A DNA stretch of 64,000 nt from Histomonas meleagridis 2922-C6/04-290x. Lineage: Eukaryota; Protista; Parabasalia. Shown here one piece after another: positions 22,177-34,048 of the stretch (positions within the stretch are counted from its first letter, which is position 1; each line of letters starts with the position of its first letter). Position numbers and translations under genes: made by a program. The notes below the pieces were generated by a model. It ran no database searches and was not told the origin of the DNA. It was given only the letters and a program-made list of their open reading frames with translations. The stretch lies in NCBI GenBank assembly GCA_020184695.1, contig JAANOX010000193.1:23310-87309 (forward strand). The letters run 5' to 3'.

Positions 22177-23571
22177 ATGCCTGATGTCTGCAGTGAAACG
22201 CCAAATTATAAAAATTCCAAACATTCAATCATAGCTGTCCCAAAATTGATTGAACTTGAAAGGCTTATATTCGGTTTAACGGAAGAAAATTTTCTTTCAA
22301 CGATTCAAGGCACAATGAAAATATTCGACTCAAATTCTCCTCATACATTGAATATTATTGTATGCAAATTAGTATATAATGCATTTTCATCACAAAGAAA
22401 TACATTTGATATCTACTTAAATTTTATAAAAACACTTCAAAAAAAAGATGATGAAATTAATCAAAATATCGGGAATCTAATATCAATTTTTATTAAGTAT
22501 ATATCTGGAATCAATACACAAGAATCTTATTATGTGATAGCACAAATGATTGAACAAAATTTAATTGATTTAAATATCACTAAAAAAATTCAATCATTAT
22601 ATTTTGCACATTATAAAGAAGAAAACAAAAAACAAACTAATAGAAATCAATATGGCTTTGAAGATACTTTTTTCAAAAATTATGAAGGATTATCAAAGAA
22701 TGATTGGGAGCTTCATAAGCAATTAATCAAAGAAGGAGTTAATCCAAATGAAATTACAAAAATTATTAGAAATGATGAAATCGAAAAACTTTAAGAAATA
22801 TCATCACAAACAAATTTTAATTTTAATCAAACAATTGACCCATCACTTTATGAAAGATGTTCATTCATTAATAAAGAAAATGTTACATTAATTGATTATG
22901 CAGCATTTTTTGGCTCAATTGAATGTTTTAAATATTTACTTATGAATGGTGCAAATGTAAATAATGCAGGTAAATATGCAATTGCAGGCGGAAATGAAGA
23001 AATTATTCATTTATGTGAACAAAATCATTCGACATTTGAAAATGCATTTGAAACACCAATTAAATTTCACCGAAATGATATCTTTAAATATCTTTATGAA
23101 AATGGAAATATATCAAATGCTGATGAAAAAATCAATGATTTAGCATGTATTAATGAGGATAATTATGAAATTTTAACATTTTTAGAAGAAAAAGGTATAA
23201 AAGTCAACAGCAATGTTGTAAATACATCAGCAAGAAATGGAAATTTATATATAATTAAATATTTCCTTCAAAATAATCAAATTCCAAAAAATATTTTGCC
23301 ATTTGCTTCAGAAACAGGAAATATTGAACTTGTGAAATATGTTTTAGAGCAAAAAGGAATTGATGTTAATGCAAGAAATATTCATTTTAATAATTTAATA
23401 TATGTTTTAATAATTTGAAATATGTTTTAATAATTTGAAATATGTTTTAATAATTTGAAACAGCACTTCAAATTGCACAACAAAAAGGTTACACCATAAT
23501 AGGAAATTCACTGAGTGAAAAACGACCAAGTAAAAAGGTGCAAAAGAAAATTCTAATTCAGAATTTTCTTC
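22177..23571 (+). pseudogene. DUF3447-ankyrin gene, locus A: one premature stop, one 80-nt spacer, terminal module
   Basis: ORFs 22168-22794 and 22942-23418 are in frame, split by CTT TAA GAA where paralogues have CTT CAA GAA. Spacer at 23380-23459; terminal module TALQIAQQKGYTII from 23460. Confidence 0.8.
23380..23459 (+). repeat. Four tandem 20-nt units forming an ankyrin spacer
   Basis: ATATGTTTTAATAATTTGAA x3, preceded by the degenerate copy ATTCATTTTAATAATTTAAT. Confidence 0.9.
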
Positions 23572-24054
23572 TCTGAATGCTACTTCTTGGCTTTCGATAA
23601 ATACTGAAAATAGTTTTACAGATGAACAAAATCAACTCGAATTTCAAGTGTATAAAGAAGACAATAAAAAGGAAAATATCAAAACAAAAGTTAACATCAG
23701 CACACAAACTACTGAAAGTCATCAAATTCACAAAATACATTCTAGTATTTTACTTTTGAAGACATATACTCATGGAAGTACTTGTAAAAAATGTCATCCA
23801 CAATAGAAAATAACAACATAACTCTGGATAATTTTCTTTTTTATAGTGTCAGTTATAATTACTGTAATTATGTTCGATATATTGCAAACATTCTAAAGAC
23901 GTTTCTTGTTTAATAATAACTTGATAATTTACATCATCTGCTAGAAGAAAAAGAAATCAATGAGATCCATCACAATTTATAAAAGTTAAATTTAATAACA
24001 TATGGCTCATTTAATGCTTTAGAAAACGAAGCATAATATCTAGAATAAATTTTT

Positions 24055-24057
<3 letters not shown>

Positions 24058-24085
<28 letters not shown>
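24058..24085. repeat. (TA)14 microsatellite
   Basis: Direct reading. Confidence 0.9.
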
Positions 24086-24089
<4 letters not shown>

Positions 24090-25015
24090 CATGAATATCA
24101 TTTTTATTTGTTATATTTCTATTATTCTCTTTGTCTTGTTATACATATTGATCAGTTAGCAAATTATTGCATATAAAGAATTTACATCATTATCAATTAA
24201 AGAAATATTATCCTTTTGATTTTATACGATACATAAAAGAATATATTTTGTAATACGACACATTAATATGCCAACAATATTGTTTGATTAAAATTATAAC
24301 CATTTTGTGATGAATTTTCTTGTAATTCTTTTACATCATCATTTTGAAGAAAATTCAATACTACTCATGAATTATTCTCCAAATTTTTTTTATGTAATTT
24401 ACATTACATTCGCTAACACATTGTCATTATCAAAAATTGAAGCATTATCAAATTCATCAATAGGTTCCACATTTTCATATTTTTCTTCATATTCTTGTTC
24501 TTTTTTATCTTGATCTGTAATTAAAGGTTTTCCATCATCTTAAATTGCATTTTTATATATAAAATTATTATATTGAGGTATTTCTGCTCTTTCATTTGTT
24601 TTCGTATATTCAACAAATTTTCAATTATATGTTTTTCAACATCACGAATATCACATTTCGATGGAGCTCTATGAAGTAATCTATGTGAAGCATGCATTTT
24701 AACAGCTTTTGGATACGATCAATCATTGATATATAATTATCTAATGAATGATTATTAATAAAGATTTTATTAATTTTCTTTTAGTTTAATTTTATTTTGT
24801 TGGATGATGCTTTACTATATGCAACTACTTTAGACATCAAAACTGTTTCTTTATAATTACTTTTCACATATTGATCTTGAATATATACGAAGCTACCTGG
24901 GATCATATATGTATTCATAAATTTATGTTTTGCATGAAGACCTGATATTATATCTGTTAATGTTTCAAATGAAACCTTTCCTCCACTTTAATTACCGAGA
25001 TACTAAGATCCTTAA

Positions 25016-25351
25016 TTAAAATCCAAAAGAAATTTGCGATATTAACACCAATAGTATGACCTTTGATGCAACAATATCATCAGTATTACATACTGTAATA
25101 ATAAATTTTTCCTTTAAATTTTCATATCTAATTCTTGTGGCTAATGCACTACAAACACATGGAGGTGTTCCAATCGTAAATGCTTTATCATTAATATGAT
25201 CTTTAAAACGTAAAATTGATGCAGAAATAGCAGCAATTGCTCCTCCAATTGAATGTCCAAAAAATATTATTTCTTTGAGCTGGTTCTCTTTTATTTTTTC
25301 TTCATGAACTCCTTTGAAATGTGGAATAATTTCTTCAATATATGAAACCGT
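25016..25351 (-). pseudogene. Class-3 lipase fragment
   Basis: Minus-strand frame reads IIFFGHSIGGAIAAISAS...AFTIGTPPC...ITVCNTDDIV (GHSxGG nucleophile elbow); no ATG; bounded by stops. Confidence 0.7.
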
Positions 25352-25536
25352 TTATTTCGTAGATATCATTATTACAAAAGACGGTACGAACTATCAAAAA
25401 TCTTCTTTTACGTATTTCAATTCAATATGTAAACTATTCAATTTTGGAGAAACTAGTTTTCAAATCGATCACAAATGATTTCACTTTTGAAGTTGGTGAC
25501 CAGATGACATGTGATATGAATTAAAATTCAAATTCC

Positions 25537-28018
25537 ATGGAAGGAAAACAAGAACCAAATTGTTCAAATGAAAAATTTAATTCTAACATACAACTTTCGT
25601 ATCCAGAGATGCTTAATATATTATATCACCTTGTGTTTAATTTAACACAAGATAATCTCGAAACATCTATTGAACAGACCATTAAATTATTTGATTCAAA
25701 CGATTACACATATTCATTTAATGTAATTACAAGTAAATTAATATACTTCGCGTTATGTTCACATAAAAATCCCATTGATTTATATTTAAAGTATTTGCAA
25801 CTCATTCAAACAAAAGAAGAAGAAATTAATGAAAACAATAAAATCATTGAAATCTTTAGTAATTATATAAGCAAAATATATCAACAAGAAACATATTACT
25901 TAATAGAAAAAATGATTGAACTAAACTTAGTTGATAAAAGTATCATCAAAAACTTTAAGACGAAATATTTTGCACATTATATGACATCCAAAGAAATGGA
26001 TGAAATTGATAAATTTCTATCAATGGGCTATGACTTAAATTGTTTAGGACTTGATACACCTGAAATAACATTTTATGAAAATTATAAAGAACTATCAAAG
26101 AATGATTGGGAATTACATAAGAAATATGTTAAAGAAAGCATAAATGAAAATGAAATTGCGAAAATCATTCGAAATGATGACGTCGAAAAACTTCAAGAAA
26201 TATCAACGCAAACAAACTTTGATTATAATCAAAATATACCAAAATCATTATATGAACGATGTTCATTTGTGAACAAATATGGTGTTGCATTAATTGATTA
26301 TTCAGCATATTTTGGCTCGATTAAATGTTTTAAATATTTGTTACTGAATGAAGCAAAGCTAAATAACACATTAAAGTATGCAATTGCTGGAGGAAATTTA
26401 GAGATAATTCATTTATGCCAACAAACCAATCCTTCATTTGAAGGATCATATGAAACAGCAATTGAATATCATAATAATGATGTCTTTAGATATATCTATG
26501 AAAATAAAATTGCTGAAATTAATAATATGGAAGAATTAGGATTGAAATGCATTAAATATCATAACTATGATATATTATCATTTTTATTTAATGAAGGAAT
26601 GAAAGTTAATAAAGATATCATTCTTGAATCAGCAAGAAATGGTAATATATTTCTTGTGAAACATTTCCTACAAAATAATGAAATTCCTTCGGATATATTA
26701 TATTATTCTTCTGAATCAGGGAATATTGAACTTGTTAAGTATATTTTGGAACAGAAAGGAATTGATATCAATATTGAAAATGAAATTTGTTTTCGTAATT
26801 TAATTTTTAAAGGAAAATTTTAATAATTATTTAAATTAATTAAAACAGCACTTACTATTGCAACTGAAAAAGGTAATACAGAAATAGTTAAATTACTTCT
26901 TGAACAAGAAGGATTAGATATTAATAATAAAAATAAAATTTGTTTATAAAATTTCCTATTTTAAAAAAATATATAGAAATCATTAAAAATATTTGAAAAA
27001 GCACTTAAAATCGCATCTCAAAATGGATATACAGAAATAGTTAAAATACTTCTTCAACAAAAAGGAATTAATATTAATGAAAAATTTGGAAATTATTTCA
27101 AACATTTGAAACAGCACTTATGTGTGCTTCTGAGAAAGGTTATACAGAAATAGTTAAATTACTTCTTGAACAAGAAGGAATTGATATTAATGCTAAAAAT
27201 ATTATTTATTTGTTTTATTTATGATTTATTTTAATAATTTTGGATTTCGAAATAATATTTGGAAATTATTTAAATTATTTGATACAGCATTTATTTATGC
27301 TGCTAAATATGGGCACGTAGAAATAGTTAAATTACTTCTAGAAAAAGGGGTTGATATTAATTATAAAAATATTTTTTTGCTTTGTATAAAATTTATATTA
27401 ATAATTTCAAATTTTTTTAAAATATTTGGAAATAATATAAAATTTTTAACACAGCACTTATGTATGCTTCTGTAAGTAATAATATAGAAGTAGTTAAATT
27501 ACTTCTTGAACAAAAAGGAATTGATATTAATGCTAAAAGTATTTATTTATTTTATTTAATATATATTTTAATAATTTCATATTTTGAAATAATATTTGGA
27601 AATTATTTAAATTATTTCGAACAGTACTTATGATGGTTTCGAATAGTAAAAACCAAGAAATAGTTAAATTACTTCTTGAACATGAAGGAATTGAAATTAA
27701 TGCTAAAGATATTTATTTGTTTTATTTGATATTTATTTTAATAATTTATTATTTCAAAATAATATTAGGAAATTATTTAAATTATTTGAAACAGCACTTA
27801 TGATAGCATCTTTCTATGGTCGAACAGAATTAGTTAAATTACTTCTTGAGCAAAAAGAAATTGAAGTTAATGCTAAAAATAATAAATATTTTATTATTAT
27901 GATATTTCAAAATTATTTTTGGAAATCGTTAAAAACTCTTAAAACTGCACTTAACTTAGCATCTGAAAAAGGTAATACGGAAATTGTTAATTTGCTTCAT
28001 GAAGCAAATGGGGATTGA
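25537..28018 (+). CDS. DUF3447-ankyrin gene, locus B: intact 5' ORF followed by 8 ankyrin modules separated by AT-rich spacers
   Basis: ORF 25537-26823 contains IIRNDDVEKLQ..IDYSAYFGSIKCFKYLLLN..YAIAGG. Stop-free modules start at 26845, 26998, 27111, 27284, 27451, 27621, 27791 and 27944. Spacers are 63, 63, 26, 83, 80, 80, 80 and 63 nt. Confidence 0.75.
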
Positions 28019-28847
28019 TACTAATTCTAAGAATATTCTCTAAAATTAATAAAAGAGATTTTCAAGTTCCAATTTATGAAAAATTGTTTTTATAATTTTT
28101 GTAGTTTTCGCTACGATCATGACACATTCAAAAAGTGAATATTGAGACAAATCATCTGAAAAAGTTATGTTTGAACTTGAAACAGTTAAAAAACCGTTCT
28201 TAATTTGATGGAAACAAGTGAAAGCAATGTTGAACCATTAAACAATAATTATGTGTTGATTCATTAAGCCTAATGATGCTAAATAATTGATGCATTAAGT
28301 TTTATTCTGTTAAATAAAAATTCATTAAGTGGAATGTGTGGATGGAATGTTCCAAACAAAACGAAAATGTTTTTGTTGTTCTTTTTGTTTCTCTTCTTAA
28401 TATGTTTGCTATTTCATTCACTCTGATTCATCACTTTCGTCGTATTCTTTTTTCATTTTATGATTTTTCTTCAACACTTCTTTCAATACATTTTGCATCT
28501 TTTGTCTAATTCGAGTCCTTCGTTATCTAAATTCTGGGTTTGTTTCATTATTTGCTGTACATTTTCACTTAGATCATTTAAATCGTGTACATCTTCATCA
28601 TATCTATTATCCAATATGATATCATCATCGAAAATTTTCGTTTCATCTGTATAATTATTTCTACATCTTAAAATCTTATTAACTTCTTTACGTAAAGTTT
28701 CTCTTCATTAGGTGGAAAACATTCTGTAACTTTCTCAATGCAAAACATTGAAACACATTTATATATTAATTTATGGTTTTTGTTTAATTTCTCAATTTGT
28801 TTTTATTTACTAAAGCTAATTCCAAAGTATTATCATATCTCACCAAA

Positions 28848-30578
28848 TTATTTCATTTCAGCGCACACGAATAAGTATGGAACGGGCACTAATTTCACTC
28901 CATCATTTGACATATTTGGAGTTAAGAACGCGTTTTCACATTTTTCCATGCTCAACACAACGAATCCGTTATTCTCCAGCACTTCCTTAGTTTTATCCTC
29001 TGTCAAGCAAACTGTTCCCTGATGTTGTGTCGGGCTTATCTTTCCATTATCCCATTGGAACGATGCCCAAAGTTTCCCATTATTTTTTAATATTTTCTTG
29101 CAACATTTAATTACGTTCTCAATGTTCAATAATTCCAATGCGCCAGTAATGATAATTATGTCAATTGAATCTTCAAATACATTTATTCCTTTATCTACAT
29201 CTTGAACAAAAAGATCATTATAACAGTTTCTAATCAAAGCCTTTTCTAACATTTTTTCCGATATGTCGCAACCAATTAACATACCATTAAATCCAAGCAT
29301 TCTTAAGGTTTGGCCTATTAAACCTATTCCACAACATACGTCAAGTATTACATTGTTATTATTATTAATTTCATATAATTTAGATAACTTTATAACCCAA
29401 TCAAATACATATTCATATCGAAGATATGTTACTCCGTCTTCCCATAGTTCTGAAAGTTGATCATATTTTGCGGCGATTTTGTTATTTCCCTTTAATTCAT
29501 TAATATTAAATCCTTTTCCCATTTGATTTGAATATTTTTGGAATTTTTCACCCGTAAATTGACTTTTAATATCAGTAATTCCTAACGCTTTTAATTGATA
29601 TGGGATTGCATATTCAAATATGTTATTCGTAACTTTAACATTCGAGATAAATGGTGAATGATATTCGCGAATGAACTTATTGTCAAGACATAAAAATTCA
29701 CATTGCTTAAAGCCCCTTCGTACATAGATACGACGACCTTCTTCAGATGCATACACAAGACGAATACTTTTGCACCCGATTTCTTTGAAATAGCGTTGGA
29801 TTTCAATCGCAATACGTGTACCAATGCCATGTCGTCGATGTTCGGGTAATACAAAGATCGCCCATCCACCGCCAACACCTGAACATGGTTCAACGCCAAA
29901 GAATAAGTTCGCGCTTGCAGATGCAACAAGTTTCCCATCCTTAAATGCGGCGATTGTTTGATAATGATATTTCTCGCGTGCCTCATGAACAAGATTTAAT
30001 GTAATGTCGCGGTAGTCGGGTTTAAATGTGTTGACGCCATTGTCTGTCCAAAGTCGTTTCCAATGTTCAACTCGTGTTTCATCATATTCGGGTCCAACTC
30101 GCTTAAATATAACACCAGGAACGTCAGGAAGTGTATCCGTATCTACAGTAGAAAGATCACATGCTAATGCATTACTATGAGTAAAATTGAGATTTCGTAA
30201 TAATTGGAAATGTTCGGGAAAATATGAATAAACAAGAACTTTGATTACACTAAGTGAACGGAGATAACAAACAGAATGCATAATAAGCTTCTCAAGGACG
30301 TCAATTGGTCCCCAAAGACCCCACAATGAACCAAACTTAAGAAATGTTGGTGTATAAGGAAATGGCCCTGTACATACTTGTGAACATATGCCACCAATGG
30401 GTTCGCCTGTTTCACCGTATGCCAGAAATGCTGCAAAACATGATTCTGGTTTTAATTCTGATATGAATTTATGAGTCCCACTTGGATCCAAATTTGTTGC
30501 CTTTTCAATAAAAATTGGTTCAGCTTCAGGTCCCAATTGCTCTATACTGCAAATGTGCACATTATTTTTTTGGCACAT
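28848..30578 (-). CDS. GNAT acetyltransferase plus class I SAM-methyltransferase fusion
   Basis: GNAT motif A IFVLPEHRRHGIGTR...ASEEGRRIYVRRGF; an N-terminal degenerate GNAT-like half; methyltransferase motif I ILDVCCGIG and GCDISEKMLEKA. Likely ATG at 30578. Confidence 0.8.
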   Translation of the reverse strand: MCQKNNVHICSIEQLGPEAEPIFIEKATNLDPSGTHKFISELKPESCFAAFLAYGETGEPIGGICSQVCTGPFPYTPTFLKFGSLWGLWGPIDVLEKLIMHSVCYLRSLSVIKVLVYSYFPEHFQLLRNLNFTHSNALACDLSTVDTDTLPDVPGVIFKRVGPEYDETRVEHWKRLWTDNGVNTFKPDYRDITLNLVHEAREKYHYQTIAAFKDGKLVASASANLFFGVEPCSGVGGGWAIFVLPEHRRHGIGTRIAIEIQRYFKEIGCKSIRLVYASEEGRRIYVRRGFKQCEFLCLDNKFIREYHSPFISNVKVTNNIFEYAIPYQLKALGITDIKSQFTGEKFQKYSNQMGKGFNINELKGNNKIAAKYDQLSELWEDGVTYLRYEYVFDWVIKLSKLYEINNNNNVILDVCCGIGLIGQTLRMLGFNGMLIGCDISEKMLEKALIRNCYNDLFVQDVDKGINVFEDSIDIIIITGALELLNIENVIKCCKKILKNNGKLWASFQWDNGKISPTQHQGTVCLTEDKTKEVLENNGFVVLSMEKCENAFLTPNMSNDGVKLVPVPYLFVCAEMK

Positions 30579-30849
30579 TCTCGAAATGAAAATTTTGAAT
30601 TTCAATGGGATGCCGTTTAATAATAAATTCTATCACATCACAATGCAAAATTCATGAAAATAATTCAACAAAATCTTTAGAAAGAGAAAATAAAAGTGTC
30701 TGCCATTTTATTAAGAATTATTATTTAATTTGACAAAAGAAAATCTTATTATTTGATATAAATAATTCACACTCATTTAATTTTATTATGAGTATACTTG
30801 AATTTTTATCTCAAAAGAGTCAGTGATATTAATATTTCATCAATTGGTT

Positions 30850-31548
30850 AAGCTGCATTTTTTTCCAGCTGTTAAAGTTTTAAGTTTTTATTTATGAATG
30901 GCTCTGATATAACAAATTACAATGGTGTGCTATTGTGGGTGGAAATGAAGAAATCATTCAATTATGTGAAGCAAAGCACTCGACATTTGAAGATGTTTAT
31001 GAAACAGCAATTTCACAATATTATTAGAAAATTGTCTAAATTGTTTAATACAGCACTTATGAAAGCATCTAAAAATGGTAATACAGAAATAGATAAATTA
31101 CTTCTTGAACAAAAAGGAATTGATATTAATGTTAAAGATATTTATTTGTTTTATTTCGAATTTATTTTAATAATTTCTTATTTCAAAATAATATTTGGAA
31201 ATTATTTAAATTATTTAGAACAGCACTTATATATGCATCTGATGAAGGTTATAATGAAATAGCAAAATTACTTCTTGAACAAGAAGGAATTGATATTAAT
31301 GCTAAAGATATTTATTTGTTTTATTTAATATTTATTTTAATAATTTTATATTTCAAAATAATATTTGGAAATTATTTAAATTATTTGATACAGCATTTAT
31401 TTTAGCATCTGAAAATAGTCATACAGAAATAGTCAAATTACTTCTTGAACAAAAAGGAATTGATATTAATGCCAAAGTTGTCGAATTTGTTGAATGTCAA
31501 ACCAACCCTTTCTTGGATGAAGAGATAATGGGGTTTATAAAATATTAA
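30850..31548 (+). pseudogene. DUF3447-ankyrin relic, locus C: deleted 5' part, three modules, two 80-nt spacers
   Basis: Remnant of ..AAFF..MNG..GGNEEIIQLCE.. is fused to a spacer 3' end. Modules at 31050, 31220 and 31390; spacers at 31140-31219 and 31310-31389. Confidence 0.8.
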
Positions 31549-32018
31549 AACTGTTTATTTGCTGTTAAGCATTCATAAAAATTAATATTAACTAAAAAAT
31601 AGTATTTGTTATAATTTTAATATGATCTTTACTTTATGAATTAATAATCTTTCATACGAATTGCCAAATGAACTTATAAGTATTTAAAGCAAAATGCAAA
31701 GGAACGTATTTCGATGTTGTGAAAACAATGAGTGGTGACACCACAATTGTTATTGCTAATCGATTGGTTCATATACCGACACAACCCATACTTTTTGTTA
31801 GCTACATGTGCATGAATTATACCATGTACTAATTACCCCACAATTATCAAGGAAAATCTGATGGACAATATTGAGATATAAAAAAGGTGAATTGGACTTA
31901 GTTCAAGCTATGGACTTCTTTCTTTTGACAATCTTAAATTAAAAACGGCATTACGAAAAAGTGATGACTGTAAACATTTGAAACATTTTATGTCGGTTTT
32001 AATCGTCATGATCAGCTA

Positions 32019-33431
32019 ATGAACTATAAAAAATTGCCAAAACGTCATGCTTATTTCCAATTTGGCCATCACTTTGGATTGGAAGAGGAATTAGATAGTC
32101 AATTTGATGATGAAGATAAAATAAAAAAAGCTAAAAGAAAAAAATCAAAACGTTATTTAGGTGTTTTACATTCATTGAATGCCAAAATTGACGCAACCAT
32201 CAATGCCTTGAAAACACTGACTGATTTAATCCTTGATATTGAAATTCCTTTTGAGTCAAAAGATGTTGAAAAAATTATTAATTTCTATCATCAATCAGCA
32301 CAATTAAAAAAATATGCACAAGAACTTATCTCATATATGTTTTGTTTTCCTCAATACCATCAAATGTTTTTTGAAAGTGGTATATTTAATGATATGATAA
32401 CAAATTTCCAAGATTCAACATGGTTAAATGGAATAAGTAGTTACATACTGTGTGGTCCAGAGTATCGTAATAAAATTATTCAAACAGGTGTTATTCAAAA
32501 AATAATTGAAGTCATTACTCCAAAATCTAATCAAAAGGAGTCAATTGTTTCTTTTGATTACGAGCTTCTTTCATGTGTTGCCATTGCGCTTGTGCACTTT
32601 CCAATTAATGATCCAAATGAATGCGATATTGTCATTCGCTTATACTCTATTCTAAGAGGAATTATGACATTTCTTCAAATTGATGGTGAAACAGCAATTC
32701 TTAACGCCATTTGTTGGCTTCCTTTGTATAATCCACAGTTTGTAAATATCCTTATTGATTTTGATATAATTTCTTATTTTAATTCTATTGGGGTTATCGC
32801 CCATCAAAATCAGTGTCGCATTGTTTCAAAATTTGTTCAAATTATGGCAAAACAATTTCCAGATTATATCCAACATATGATAGAACATAATGTTTGGAAT
32901 CTTATAGCTAATTTTTTTGAATGGTCAATAAATGCAGAAATGTTTCGACGTCAAGCTTATATCATAGGTTCTGGTGCATTTATAATTGCTTCATATGATC
33001 CAAGAAGTTTCATCAACTCCAATGTTTACGTTTATTTTTTCAGGTGCTTTAATTTTGTCACTTTTCGCATAAGGTCTTTAATGTCTAAAATTGAATATTG
33101 CGTTGCTTCTAAAGTAACAGATCAAGAATTCGCGATGTTAATGAGTTCAGAGGAATTTAGGTATATATTATTTACTGTTGAACCAGAACCTTTAGAAACT
33201 GATTGTTTGGAATTATTCGATGCATTCACAAAAACAATTATAAGAATCACTCAATTAAATGAAGCAGAAAGTTTGTTAAATGAGCTAATGGAAAATCAAA
33301 ATGTGAATGAATGCATTGAAATTTTTAGAAATTCATTTGAGGCTGGAAACTGGGAAAAAATCAGTAAGGAACAATTCGATGAAATTGCATCAGATGTTGA
33401 AGAAAAGCTTTCATCTTTGTTTGTTGAATAA
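32019..33431 (+). CDS. ARM-repeat-like helical protein, possibly importin-alpha-like
   Basis: 470 aa intact ORF with a basic N-terminal stretch and repeated helices (RNKIIQTGVIQKII, ILIDFDII, MIEHNVW). Confidence 0.45.
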   Translation: MNYKKLPKRHAYFQFGHHFGLEEELDSQFDDEDKIKKAKRKKSKRYLGVLHSLNAKIDATINALKTLTDLILDIEIPFESKDVEKIINFYHQSAQLKKYAQELISYMFCFPQYHQMFFESGIFNDMITNFQDSTWLNGISSYILCGPEYRNKIIQTGVIQKIIEVITPKSNQKESIVSFDYELLSCVAIALVHFPINDPNECDIVIRLYSILRGIMTFLQIDGETAILNAICWLPLYNPQFVNILIDFDIISYFNSIGVIAHQNQCRIVSKFVQIMAKQFPDYIQHMIEHNVWNLIANFFEWSINAEMFRRQAYIIGSGAFIIASYDPRSFINSNVYVYFFRCFNFVTFRIRSLMSKIEYCVASKVTDQEFAMLMSSEEFRYILFTVEPEPLETDCLELFDAFTKTIIRITQLNEAESLLNELMENQNVNECIEIFRNSFEAGNWEKISKEQFDEIASDVEEKLSSLFVE

Positions 33432-34048
33432 ATAAAATCATAACATTTTTTTATTTGGAAGAAATTAAAATTTCTGTTTTGTTTCATTAAAAATACATTA
33501 AAACTCAGTTTTAAAGTGTCTAAAAACAGCTCTTTCATGTGGGATGTGACAACATATACAGGAAGTGTTTCTAAAGTTTCCAAACTTTGTTCAAATATTT
33601 GCCACAATTAAATATGAAATATTTTATCAACGCATTGAATATATGTTAGTAACACTTGAAATAAATAATGCATAATATATTATGTTGAAGAATTTTGAAA
33701 AGAATTTGTGTTAAACGCCGAAAGTTCTTATGAAATATTCCAAAGATTAGCAAACTTAACAAAAATAACAGAAGAAATCAAAAGATATGATATGAAATTT
33801 CATCAAAACGAAAAAATTCATATTGCATGAAATATCTAAGCAAAAAGCTAAATAGGAAAATTAAGAAAATTTTCAACAAAAAATTAAAAAATATTCAAAT
33901 GATTTCAAAACTATAATCAAAGATGGAAAAAAAGGAAAGAATAAAAACATTTGCTGAAAATGCAAACAAAAAATATAATGAAATCATTAAACTTATAAAA
34001 CAAAAACAAAAAGAAACCCAAAAATATAACCAGTAATGAAATAATATA

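Noticed and set aside
22792-22794. TAA/TAG reassigned to Gln
   Set aside because: Intact genes such as IleRS end in TAA and lack internal TAA/TAG; common spacer stops are TGA. Simple nonsense mutation fits better.
24300-24760. Coding-looking relics (also 28380-28740 and 31720-31990)
   Set aside because: Too fragmented to assign a family from sequence alone.
27221-27475. Hydrophobic TM-like peptides (IYLFYLIFILII..) in small ORFs of the track
   Set aside because: They are an artefact of translating T-rich spacers and are inconsistent between copies.
27561-27600. Conserved hairpin in the spacer (ATTTCA-TATTT-TGAAAT; TTTGA-TATT-TCAAA at about 53996)
   Set aside because: Pairing is absent in other copies (for example 31171 and 43061), so it is not supported without a larger covariation analysis.
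27711-27790. Programmed -1 frameshift through the spacer (both frames open in this copy; U UUA AAU slippery heptamer near the 3' end)
   Set aside because: It is not general. Spacers 45284-45205, 44454-44375, 44284-44205 and 43950-43871 have a frame-0 stop upstream of a -1-frame stop, so no single-shift path exists although the flanking modules are intact.
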